Of a stretch of DNA of 64,000 nt, positions 41,506 to 52,565 are shown one piece after another; the first letter of the stretch is position 1; every line of letters begins with the position of its first letter. The notes under the pieces were generated by a model. That model had not been told where the DNA came from and did not search any database. It saw nothing but the letters and a program-made list of their open reading frames with translations. This DNA is from Octopus sinensis (Eukaryota): contig NC_043000.1 of assembly GCF_006345805.1 (NCBI RefSeq), positions 102,114,001 through 102,178,000 on the forward strand, written 5' to 3'. The translations under genes and the position numbers were made by a program.

Positions 41506-41591
41506 TCATTACGGCCGTTTCGAGCGACTCCTTTAATTAATCAATGAAATCATTAAATCTTTATAAAGAAAACAGTTCTTATCAGATAACC
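41506..41591 (-). ncRNA. Degenerate hammerhead-like motif with long loop II (family D)
   Basis: Minus strand TTAT CTGATAA GAAC...(~50 nt)...GCTC GAAAC GGCC GT A ATGA. G8 and one stem II base are altered. Confidence 0.4.
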
Positions 41592-41599
41592 ACATAGAC

Positions 41600-42100
41600 T
41601 TTAAGGATATAGAACAAGTTAGATATTGAAACATATTTATATCATGAACAGAGAGCAAATATTTATTATGATTCCTCTGCTAAATTTTTTGGCAGAAGAA
41701 AAAAAGGATAGTACAGCAACAGACAAACCAGAAATTAGCATAGGCTAGAGTGGTGTAAGGAGAGATAAATGTGAGTAGTAACCCCATTATCTATATATCG
41801 AAGGCAATAGTGAGAATGTAATCCTCAAAACACCTAGAATTAGATCTTTGGGGAGTTATAAATTTATTAGTACCATGAAAGACCGTTCTATCTGAGAAAA
41901 TGGAACTTTAGATCTGGCTATACCGACACTAGAGGGTAGGTCATGGGGAAGTAAACGAGAATGTAGGATGAGAGGATGGCGGTACTAGAAAGAAAAGAAG
42001 GGATAGGTATAGCTAATAAAGTTTATTTTGATTGTCATCCTAAAGAGGAAGAAAAGTGAAATGTTAAATGGAATACCTCTTAAAGGATTATGGGTGGGAT
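41600..42100 (-). pseudogene. Possible decayed PLE thumb/EN remnant
   Basis: Weak minus-strand motif KVPFSQIER (cf. NIPF of PLE RT thumb), located upstream of the family D motif. Confidence 0.3.
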
Positions 42101-42334
42101 GTAAGTTAAGAGAGAAATGGAAGGAGTAAGTTTTAAACTTAGTTTACTTATACCATTAAAGCAAAATATAAATATATAGATATGATATATAAAGGCTAGA
42201 AAGCAATTTCAAATATAACTAAATAAGGGGATAATGTATAATTTAATATATGATAATATAAGATTGCAGTGTATAACGAATTTTATGGAAAAGCAATTAA
42301 ACTTATAAATTACCACACTTTTATGCTATATTTT

Positions 42335-42558
42335 TTGTGTGTGTGTCTGGGGAGAGTAATTTTCTTTGTGCCTTATAATTTAACACACACACCGGTAAAA
42401 TTTCCACTTATTTCTAATTTTTATTTTCCTAAAATTATCGTTGCGTCTTGCAACCTTTTCAATAGCCTAAGACTATTGAAAAATGGAAATTTTACAGGCA
42501 AGTGTGTTAAATTATAATGCACAAAAAGAAAATGACTCTCCCCAGACACAACACACGA
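42335..42558. repeat. Fold-back element, ~75-bp imperfect inverted arms
   Basis: GTGTCTGGGGAGAGTAATTTTC...TTATAATTTAACACAC...GTAAAATTTCCA versus its reverse complement at 42484-42558. Confidence 0.85.
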
Positions 42559-42609
42559 ACTCACATAAAGAATCTTGCAAACCAAATCCCAAAACGAATT
42601 TTTTTTAAA

Positions 42610-42925
42610 TATAAGGAAATAAAAAATAATATAAGAAAATATAAAAATAATGTAAGAAAATAATATAAGAAAATATAAAGAAATATAAAGGATATAAAGG
42701 CATGAAGATATAAACCATATCAAATATATAAAAAAAACAATGTGTAATAAAATTATAATACTTTTATAATTTTAAGCTCAGTGCACAGTGGGGCATATGA
42801 AAGAAATTTTTTTAAATTATCAAAGTATCAATAAAACATACAAAATGATGAAAACTATATGAAAGGTATATAAAATCTAAAGGTATAAGGGTAAAAGATA
42901 TCAGATTCATAAATAGACATTAGTA
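42610..42925 (+). repeat. AT-rich dispersed repeat; inverted partner at 45720-46040
   Basis: ACAATGTGTAATAAAA...CAGTGGG...TATGAAAGAAA...GAAAACTATATGAAAGGTATATAAAATCTAAA is present in opposite orientations at the two sites. Confidence 0.8.
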
Positions 42926-43037
42926 ATAATACAAAGGATAATAACTTAAGAAATAACAACATAACCCTTAATGACACTTCTAGAAAGTTGAACAGTACTA
43001 CGTATTATGACACAAAAATACGAATAATATGATTCGA

Positions 43038-43085
<48 letters not shown>

Positions 43086-43635
43086 TGATGCAGTACCAGG
43101 CAATGGCTCTCATGGCTTCTGATCTTAACTGATTGGAAGTGTTATCATGTACATTGTTTTGTCTTGGTATAAAAGATGGGCTACAGCAAATATTCTGCTC
43201 AATACCACAGATTTGCTTGTCAGTTGTTTGACCTTAACCAGTTGAGCATGTCCCTTATTGGCTGACGATATGTGCATCTCTGATCACGAGCAGAAGTAGT
43301 GGGGGAGTATCATAGCCATGTGTTGAGAGGGATTCTTTGGGGTTTGAATAATTCACCTCTGGAAACATGGGTGGTTCTTTCGACATCCTTAAACAACCCT
43401 TATTCAGGGACCTTTTGAGCGGGATGGGCTACTCAACCTGAAGAAAATTCTAACTGGGCCCCACCTGCAAGGTCATGTGCTGTTTATCTTGATATGAGAT
43501 CACAATGTCGCGCACATATGGCTGTGATGCATGTGCCTGGTGTACCCTTATCAGACGGGTAGTCATGATGGGTATATTGGGCTTCGTATATTTTACCCCA
43601 GTGTCACTTTGATGGCATGAACTGCTCTCTCACTC

Positions 43636-43640
<5 letters not shown>
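43086..43640 (+). mobile_element. ~550-bp non-coding retroposon-like repeat with (AAT)n tail
   Basis: Second copy at 17886-18445. Flanked by (AAT)n on both sides. Confidence 0.85.
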
Positions 43641-43678
<38 letters not shown>

Positions 43679-43719
43679 ATGTCCTTCGGTAGCATTATTA
43701 TTATAGGGGGGGGGACATT

Positions 43720-44682
43720 ATTGTTATTCATGGATGACGTCAAACTTTATGGTAAATATGAATCCCACGTCAGTTCCCTCGTTGATACGGTGTATACTTT
43801 CAGTGGAAGTAAGAAGGTCAGGGTTGTGTAGGATGGAAGATTGCAAAGATAAAGCACTATACAAGGACTTTAGAATGAATTAAACTGAAAATAGGTGGAT
43901 AAAGAAAAGAATGCATGGACAATTTCATAGGGATGTTGAAAATAAGACATACAGAGAAAAAAGATGGCTGTGGATGATTAAAAGTGATTTAAAATTGGAA
44001 ACGGAGGCTCTAATATGTGCTGCCTAAGAGCAAGCATTAAGAACCAATTACTTCAAATACAGAATAGACAACACATCAGAAAGTGATAAGTGCAGAATAC
44101 GTGGACAAAATGGTGAAGCCGTATGGCATATTACCAACCATTGTACGCCACTAACCCAGAAATCATATAAGTGACGTCATGAGAACATAGCAAGGTTTGT
44201 CCATTGGACACTTTGCAACAAGTATGGAGGACTTGACAGAGCAAAATATGTGGTACGAACATAAAGCCGAAGGCATCACCGAAAATGATTATGCAAAGAT
44301 CCTATGGTATTTTTGTGATTCAGTGCAACCATGAGATAGAGAATAGGAAACCAGACACTATGCTTGATCATAGGTAAAGCATGCCCAGCTGACAACGAGG
44401 TACGCGATAAGGAAGAACGAAATGTCGATAGATATGACAGGTTAGCTTGGGAGGTCATGCAGTTGTGAAAAAGATGGGAACAGTGAGTAAAAATCTTGAA
44501 AAATACATGAAACAAATAGGGGCTGCAATAATGGTGGAGCACTTTCGGAAAATAACACTGCTTGGAACCGCTCGAATGCTCCGGATGGTGCTCGAAAAAT
44601 AAGGGGTATTACCTTAATTCACTGGTAGTGAACAACTGGCACCGTAGTACATCTCCAGCGTTAGAAGCTGTGCAAAGACCAT
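43720..44682 (+). pseudogene. Internally deleted Dong/R4-type LINE 3' end
   Basis: LFMDDVKLYGK, MHGQFHRDVENK...WLWMIKSDLKLETEALICAA*EQALRTNY, DKCRIRGQNGEAVWHITNHC, RHENIARFVHW, LLGTARMLRMVL*, followed by an (AAT)n tail. Confidence 0.88.
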
Positions 44683-44683
44683 A

Positions 44684-44756
<73 letters not shown>

Positions 44757-45719
44757 TAATAATCGCAGTTGGAATTGTAGGGAAAGATCCCTCTGCTCAC
44801 TGTGAGGTCAAAGTTTAGCAGGAAATGTTGTTTATAAATGTACAATACTGACAGAAAATAATAACTTTGTTTATATAGGGTGATCAGTAAATGTGAATAA
44901 ATGAGTTAATAACCATTTTTCATCCTTCAGACTTATACATAAAGTTAATAGTACTTCATTATCTACGAAAATCTGGAAACTCAAAGACAATAATATCGAT
45001 TTCAGTCTTAAATGGGATTTATTGTGTAGAGCTCAACCATACAGAAATAGCCGATATGGCTGTGACATTTGTTGTAATGAATTATATGATTTTTTTTTTA
45101 AATATAGACACAAGAACAACTTAATAAATTAGACCTTAGACTCTCATGTGTTCATAAAATTACTCGTACCTTTAAATACTTTAGAAGTTGATAATTATTT
45201 AGTATATCATATATTGGGGGGGGGGTTGATCTATTATATCTGAGTAATCATAATATCTACCTACCAAATCCCAATATTGAACTTACTCTATCACGGTTAA
45301 TATACATATACTACTTTTTCCTAACGAGTCCTTAATTTTCAAATCTCCCCAATTATAAAATATACCCTATATGATCTCTTACTCTCATACCTCATTCCTT
45401 GTTCTTTGTTGTATTTTAAATATATTCTAACCTATTTCTAATGATAATTTTAATTCTTTTTAATCTTTATTATAGCCCGGTATACTTATGCCTTTTCCAT
45501 TTAGTATTAATAATTCATTAATATTCTGATTATAACTATTTATATAATAATTCCATTATAATATATTCTTTATTTTCATTTTATATTACCTTATTTCCTT
45601 TTTATACATCTAATTATAGCATCTTTTATTGGCTTACTTTTATAAAAACATTTCTAAAAAAAGATTTTTTTTTTGTATAACTTTTTAATATAATTTTCTA
45701 TTATAGATTTCATATGCAA

Positions 45720-46040
45720 CTAATGTTTAATTTATAAATCTGATATCTTATACCGTTATATTTTTAGATTTTATATACCTTTCATATAGTTTTCATAATT
45801 TTTGTAGGTTTTAGTGATACTTTGACAATTTAAAAACTTTTCTTTCATATATCCCACTGTTTACTGAACTTAAAATTATAAAACTATCATATTTTTATTA
45901 CACATTGTATTTTTTATATACTTTATATATTTTATATGGTGTATATTGTATATATTTTCATGCTTTTGTATCCTTTATATCCCTTATATTTTTTTATATT
46001 TTCTGATATTATATTTTATTTCCTAATATTTTAAAATTGT
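45720..46040 (-). repeat. Inverted copy of 42610-42925
   Basis: Aligned by eye; clearly diverged but collinear. Confidence 0.8.
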
Positions 46041-46599
46041 TTATAGTATAAAATTCTGGTGGTACATATATATTATTAAATAAATTTAAGTATTAACTAA
46101 AGTAGGAGATAATTAATGAAGTATAATATATACCATGCTGGTAATTTGGGTTATATTCTTTAAGCATTAATTCGTGATGTGCAAACTGATACCATGAGTT
46201 TACTTTAAGATATACTCATTAGGTTATTTTTGTTTTATCTGAAATAGAATACCCGCATATCGATTAATCCCCCAAAATTGAATTGATATTGACTTTTATC
46301 GGATACTTTGTATATTCATAGGTAAATATCTAAATATATGATAAATAAGACCCCAAGGTACGATATGTGGATGCATATAATCCTGAAGGGTTGTACCTGA
46401 TTGTACCAGATTGATTTGGAAATTTGTTTTCCCAAATTTTATAGATATATATATATAAAATTTGTTTTCTCAAATTTTATACACATATATATATATATAT
46501 AAGTTCAGCGAAATTTAGATTCAGATGAATATGGTACTTAAGTCAAAGACACCAGAATTTTGTATGGTATTATCCATATAAATCGATGGGGTGATTACA

Positions 46600-46675
46600 A
46601 TCAAAATAAGCAACAAGTATATCCGAGGTAATATCGTACCACATTACCTCGGATATACTTGTTGCTTATTTTGAT
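46600..46675. repeat. Perfect 33-bp hairpin with 10-nt loop
   Basis: ATCAAAATAAGCAACAAGTATATCCGAGGTAAT-atcgtaccac-ATTACCTCGGATATACTTGTTGCTTATTTTGAT. Confidence 0.95.
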
Positions 46676-46923
46676 ATATACATATATATAATTTCGGAAA
46701 GTTTTATATATATATATATATAATTTCGGAAAGTTTTATATATATATATATATATAATTTCGGAAAGTTTTATATATATATATATATATATAAAATTTTA
46801 GAAAGTAAACTAAAATTAACTAGAAAAAAAGATTCTAAATTGATTCAAAAACAGAATTCTCAAAAAAATGCACTCCAAAATTCAAAAGCGCAATAAATTC
46901 CAAAATTCAAAAATATATATATA

Positions 46924-48168
46924 TTGGGTTGGCAACTAAGTTCCCGCCGTTTTTTTAAATTTTGGAATTTATTGTGCTTTTGAATTTTGGAGAGATTTTT
47001 TTTTTTTTTTTGAGAATTCTGTTTTTGAATCAATTTAGAATCTTTTTTCTAGTTAATTTTAGTTAACTTTTGTTTATTTTTGAAATGGAATGTCAAATAA
47101 AAAAAATGAGCATTTTCGACACCTCTTTCTTTTTGCTTTCAATCAAGGTTCTAAGGCCGCAAAAGCTGCTCGCGACATTTGTGCTGTGTATGGAGATTGT
47201 GCCATTGATGAAAGAAATGGAAATTTTGATCTCAAAGACGCACCTCGTTCTGGCCGTCCAGTTCAGTTCGATGAAGAGCGATTAAACCAACTTTTGCACG
47301 AAAATTCTTGTCAAACGACAAGAGAACTGGCAGAGAAAATGGAATGCTCCTCCATTGCTATAGAGAAGCATCTTCACTCGATGGGAAAGGTTCAGAATAT
47401 GGAGCATGGGTTCTGCATGCTTTAAGTGACAACAACAAAAATCAACGAGCCGCAATCTCTGCTGATCTGCTTGCCCGTCACCGCTCAACTCATGGACACA
47501 TGCAACGATTTCTTTAACTAATCGTTACTAGCGATGGAAAATGGTGCCTGTACATCAATATGAAGCAGTGTAATGAATGGCTTAGCCCCGTTAAACAAGT
47601 GACACCGCACGTGAAACAAGATCATCCGCGTAAAACGATGTTGTGCGTATAGTAGGACTGGGAAGGGATTATCCATTACGAATTGCTTGAACGTAACCAA
47701 ACAGGTTTGTTCCATGTTCAACACATGGAACGACTCAACAGGGCTATTCAAGAGAAAAAACCTAATCGTCAGCATGGAGTTCTTTTACTGCACGGCAACG
47801 CCCGCCTTCATTTCGCCAGTATAACCAAAGAAGCCATTCAAACGTATGGCTGGGAAGTGCTGTCACACCCGCCGTACTCTTCTCATTCTGGTACCAACGG
47901 ATTTTCCCCCTTTCGATCTTTTTCAAATGCTATGCGAGGAGTTTCGTTCAATACTGAAGCAGAACTGAAAGCTTGGTTGGATCAATTTTTCGAGTCGAAA
48001 TCGGGTGATTTCTACCAACGAGGTATTGAAAATCTTCTTGAGTGTTAGGAAGAAGTTGTAAACAGCAAGGATGAATACATTATTGATTAATTAGTTGTTA
48101 TTTTTTATTAAAACTTTTTAAAAACTTTAAATTTTAAAAAAGCGGCGGAAACTTCATTGCTAACCCAA
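46924..48168 (+). mobile_element. Near-full-length mariner (DD34D-type) transposon, transposase inactivated
   Basis: TIRs TTGGGTTGGCAACTAAGTTCCCGCCG and CGGCGGAAACTTCATTGCTAACCCAA, flanked by TA. Peptides EHFRHLFLFAFNQG, DLKDAPRSGRPVQFDEERL, TSDGKWCLY, LLLHGNARLH, WEVLSHPPYS. Confidence 0.92.
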
Positions 48169-48331
48169 TATATATATATATATATATATATAGATCAATA
48201 AATGGTGGGGTTGTGTTGACCGCACGTGGAGAAATGATAAGTAAGGAAAAAATTTTTTTAAAATGCAGAATGCTCAAATGAAAGAAAATTTTAATAAAAT
48301 GAGAAATTGATAAAATATATAAATATATATT

Positions 48332-48372
48332 TATTCAACCGGTTTTCGTCATTGTATGACTTGTCAAGAATA
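48332..48372 (-). ncRNA. Hammerhead-like motif family C (non-canonical core)
   Basis: Minus strand TATTC TTGACAA GTCAT-ACA-ATGAC GAAAACCGGTT GAATA. Confidence 0.5.
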
Positions 48373-48590
48373 TTTATGTTTTAAAAAGTTTTTTTAAAAA
48401 TTAGAAAGGGGAAAAAAAGAAAATTGCATTGTTTTTTGTAAAAGAATAATGATAAAAATGTACAAAAATTAAAAAATAAGTTCTCCGATACATTGTGAGT
48501 TCGTTGTGTATCTTGAGTTTTATGGTTGTTTACGAAAAAATTACCTTGAGGTGTTAAATCCAAAGGGATTAAGAGCATGTGTTGTGTTGT

Positions 48591-49796
48591 GTTGCGATGG
48601 GTACCAAGGCTGCACCAGTCCTTGCGAACCTCATAATGGGTTACTTCGAACTGTCACTCTATGAAATATCAAGCCAGAAATTTGGACATGTTTTCCACAC
48701 CTACCTAATGGAAAACTGGAAAAGGTATCTAGATGATTGTTTCATCATATGGAAAGAACCTTATGAAAAACTCCTGGAATTCAAAACCATACTAAACAAC
48801 ATACATCCCAACATCCAATTCACTATGGAATTAAGCAAACATCATCTCCCATTCCTTGATCTCCTAATTATAAAAACACCTAAGAACCAAATCATAACAG
48901 ACATCTACCACAAACCTACAGACTCACAACAATACCTCCTCTTTAGTTCATGCCACCCAAAACACACCAAGACAAATATCCCTTTCAATTTAGCTAAAAG
49001 GGTATGCACCATTGTCTCGGATCCAAAAACACGAGAAATACGCCTTCAAGACCTCAAAAAAACACTATTACAACGTCAATATCCCTCCACCCTTATAGAG
49101 TATGGAATAAAACGCGCCAAAGAACTAGACAACACTACACTGAAAACCACCCAACCTAACACCACACACAACCTCAAAATACTTCCATACATTTCCACCC
49201 ACAACCCCAAAAATATCGAAGCATACACCACAATCATACAAAACCTCAGTTTACTGTCAACAGACCCAAAAATGAAAAACATTATAAATACACACAAAAT
49301 CCTCAAATGCAAAAGGCAACACAAATCTTTAAAAAAACTCTTGACAAATACCAAACTTCACACACCACATCCACCCCCAACAGTAAAAAAATGTGCACGC
49401 TCAAACTGTGGTACCTGCCCCTTTCTACTTGAAGGCTCTGAATTTACTTTCAAACAAGGTACGAAGTTTAAAATCAAGACTAACTTCTCCTGTTCCTCCG
49501 AGAACCTTATCTACGTTCTCACATGCGCTGGTTGCCAACATAATTATGTTGGACAAACGAGTCTCCCGTTACGTAAACGAGTAACGGTGCATAAAGAACA
49601 AATAAATCTCCCGGAATACCGACAAATTCCACTGAGTGACCACTTAGACTCATGTGCTAAAGACTTAAACCCCAAATTCTATATATTCCCCTTCTACCAA
49701 TGTAAAGACGGGATCACCACACAGGAGAGAATTAACAAGGAGAATCTCTTTATTGAAAAATTCCAAACACAACTTAATATGCAAACTCCTCGTTGA
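48591..49796 (+). CDS. PLE ORF, 5'-truncated: RT C-half, thumb, Cys-rich linker, GIY-YIG endonuclease
   Basis: Uninterrupted frame containing VAMGTKAAP, WKRYLDDCF, LPFLD, DIYHKPTDSQQYL, CARSNCGTC, NLIYVLTCAGCQHNYVGQT and RVTVHK. The true start is absent because the ORF is fused to the inverted repeat. Confidence 0.93.
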   Translation, partial: VAMGTKAAPVLANLIMGYFELSLYEISSQKFGHVFHTYLMENWKRYLDDCFIIWKEPYEKLLEFKTILNNIHPNIQFTMELSKHHLPFLDLLIIKTPKNQIITDIYHKPTDSQQYLLFSSCHPKHTKTNIPFNLAKRVCTIVSDPKTREIRLQDLKKTLLQRQYPSTLIEYGIKRAKELDNTTLKTTQPNTTHNLKILPYISTHNPKNIEAYTTIIQNLSLLSTDPKMKNIINTHKILKCKRQHKSLKKLLTNTKLHTPHPPPTVKKCARSNCGTCPFLLEGSEFTFKQGTKFKIKTNFSCSSENLIYVLTCAGCQHNYVGQTSLPLRKRVTVHKEQINLPEYRQIPLSDHLDSCAKDLNPKFYIFPFYQCKDGITTQERINKENLFIEKFQTQLNMQTPR

Positions 49797-50423
49797 TCAA
49801 ACTTCCTTTCTCTACCTCACTCTTCATGGATGGACTAACACAAATATTTAAAGATACCATGCATTCATCACTTCAAGCTAAAACTTATATTCTTTAAATA
49901 TCATTTTTACTATTGTTGTTATTACTATCATTTTTATTATAAATGATATGACAATTTGAAATGCAATTGTCTATGCAGATTTATATAATTAGAAAATAAT
50001 ATAAATAAAGTGTTAAAATCTGAAAGTTAAGTTAACAAGCAATTATATAAAAAAGATAACGCAAATGAAGCTAAAATGATAATTTTATAATTTGGGTTTT
50101 ATTGAAGAACTCAAAAGAGTTGTCTCCCCTTACTCACAACACAGGAACTGAAGAACCAGGACCACAATTACTACTACTTCCTGTCCTGCAAACATGCTGA
50201 ATTTAACAACACAACACATGCTCTTAACCCGTTTGGATCTTAACACCTCAAGGTAATTTTTTCGTAAACAACCATAAAACTCAAGATACACAACGAACTC
50301 ACAATGTATCGGAGAACTTATTTTTTAATTTTTGTACATTTTTATCATTATTCTTTTACAAAAAACAATGCAATTTTCTTTTTTCCCCTTTCTAATTTTT
50401 AAAAAAACTTTTTAAAACATAAA

Positions 50424-50464
50424 TATTCTTGACAAGTCATACAATGACGAAAACCAGTTGAATA
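50424..50464 (+). ncRNA. Hammerhead-like motif family C (non-canonical core)
   Basis: TATTC TTGACAA GTCAT-ACA-ATGAC GAAAACCAGTT GAATA, located in the PLE 3' terminal repeat. Confidence 0.5.
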
Positions 50465-50549
50465 AATATATATTTATATATTTTATCAATTTCTCATTTT
50501 ATTAAAATTTTCTTTCATTTGAGCATTCTGCATTTTTAAAAAAAATTTT

Positions 50550-50603
<54 letters not shown>

Positions 50604-50606
<3 letters not shown>

Positions 50607-51935
50607 CTGTCTAACACAGCTCCTACAACACTATGACTGGGTGTTAAAACAGCTACTAAATGGCTCAAATGTGGATGTAATATATCTCGAATTTGCAAAA
50701 GCCTTTTGATAAAGTCGACCATGGTATGATCTGTCACAAACTGCGTGGTCTCGGCATAGGCGGAAAACTTGGAGAGTGGCTGCACAACTTCCTAAAAGAC
50801 AGAAGACAGGCAGTTGTGAGCAATGGAGCCACCTCCAAGGAAACACAAATAACAAGTGGTGTTCCACAGGGCACCGTCTTGGGGCCACTGCTGTTCATAG
50901 TGGCCCTTTCAGACATGCCTTCAGTTGCCACGATGGCCACCCTTGCTAGCTATGCAGATGACACAAAAGTCTCCCACACAATACAAAACCCTGAAAATAT
51001 TGCGCATCTGCAACAGGAGTTGGATAAAATATACAGGTGAGCGGAGGACAACAACATGCAGTTTAATGCAGGTAAGTTCCAGGCCCTGCGCTACCAGCAC
51101 ACAAAGGTAAACGACGTGCAGACTGGATACACTGGCCCAGGAAGAATTGCAATCCCTGAGTCAAAATCAGTGCGTGACCTAGGCATTGACATGAGCAATG
51201 ATGCATCTTTCCAAGTGCATATTACTAATCTGGTGATAAAATGCAGACGGCTAGCTGGATGGATTCTCCGAACTTTCAGAACAAGAGAGAAGGAGACACT
51301 GATGGTCCTCTGGAAAACATTCGTCCTCAGCCGCTTGGACTACTGCTCCCAACTATGGTCACCACACAATATAAAACTAACAGCAGAACTCGAAGCAATT
51401 CAGAGAAGCTACACAAATAAATCGTCTCAATGCAAAATATCAGCTACTGGGAAAGACTGAAAGTATTAAACCTCTTCTCACTAGAGCGGAGGCGGGAGAG
51501 ATATGCGGTGATATACACCTGGAAAATCCTGGAGGGTCTTGTCCCAAACTTTGGCATTCAAACTTACCCCAACCGCAGAACGGGGCGCCACTGCATGATG
51601 CCAAAGATTCCAACATCACCATCAAAATACAGGACCAGATACTGCAGCAGCTTGGGTTTCAGAGGACCACAGCTCTTTAACATTCTCCCTAAATGCCTGA
51701 GAGACTTACATGGTGTGGATGTGGGTTTCTTTAAAACTAAACTGGATCTCTTCTTGTCGGGAGTCCCAGATGAACCTACCTTACGACAGGAGACGCAGAT
51801 GCGGGCAGCAGCATCGAACTCCCTTGTTGATCAAGTGCCACGTATCAGAGGTGGATTCACATATTAGTGTAGCTCATTCAGCGGTGGTGCCCCAGCATGG
51901 CCGCGGCCATCGGGCTAAAACATTTTTAAGGATTT
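50604..51935 (+). pseudogene. 5'-truncated CR1-group LINE (RT domain to 3' UTR)
   Basis: SCLTQLL, VDVIYLEFAKA/FDKVDH, SGVPQGTVLGPLLF, SYADDTKV, VRDLGI, SRLDYCSQLWSP, SLERRRER, VPDEP...AAASNSLVDQ. One stop and two frameshifts seen. Confidence 0.92.
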
Positions 51936-51939
51936 AAGG

Positions 51940-51948
51940 ATATATACA

Positions 51949-52027
<79 letters not shown>

Positions 52028-52101
52028 TATATATATATACATATAGATATATACATATATAATATATATATATATACATTATATATACATATATTATATA
52101 C

Positions 52102-52132
<31 letters not shown>

Positions 52133-52195
52133 TATACATATATATATATACAATATATATACATATATATATATACATACATATGTATACATACA

Positions 52196-52233
<38 letters not shown>

Positions 52234-52565
52234 CATATATATAATATATACATATATATATACATACATATATATATATACATATATATATACACATATA
52301 TATATACATACATATATATATACATATATATATATACATATATATATACATACATATATATACATATATATATACATACATATATATATATACATATATA
52401 TATACACATATATATATACATATATATATATACATATATATATATACATACATATATATACATATAATATATATATACATATATACATATATATACATAT
52501 ATATATACATACATATATATATACATATATATAACATATATATATACATATACATATATATATAC

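Larger units (their letters stand above)
48244..50552 (+). mobile_element. 5'-truncated Penelope-like element (Neptune-like) with inverted terminal repeat
   Basis: 48244-48590 is the reverse complement of ~50207-50552 with few mismatches, enclosing the RT/GIY-YIG ORF. Confidence 0.92.

Noticed and set aside
42778-42795. CACAGTGGGG as a Transib/RSS-like terminus
   Set aside because: It is internal to the repeat, not conserved in the partner copy (AAACAGTGGGA), and has no TSD.
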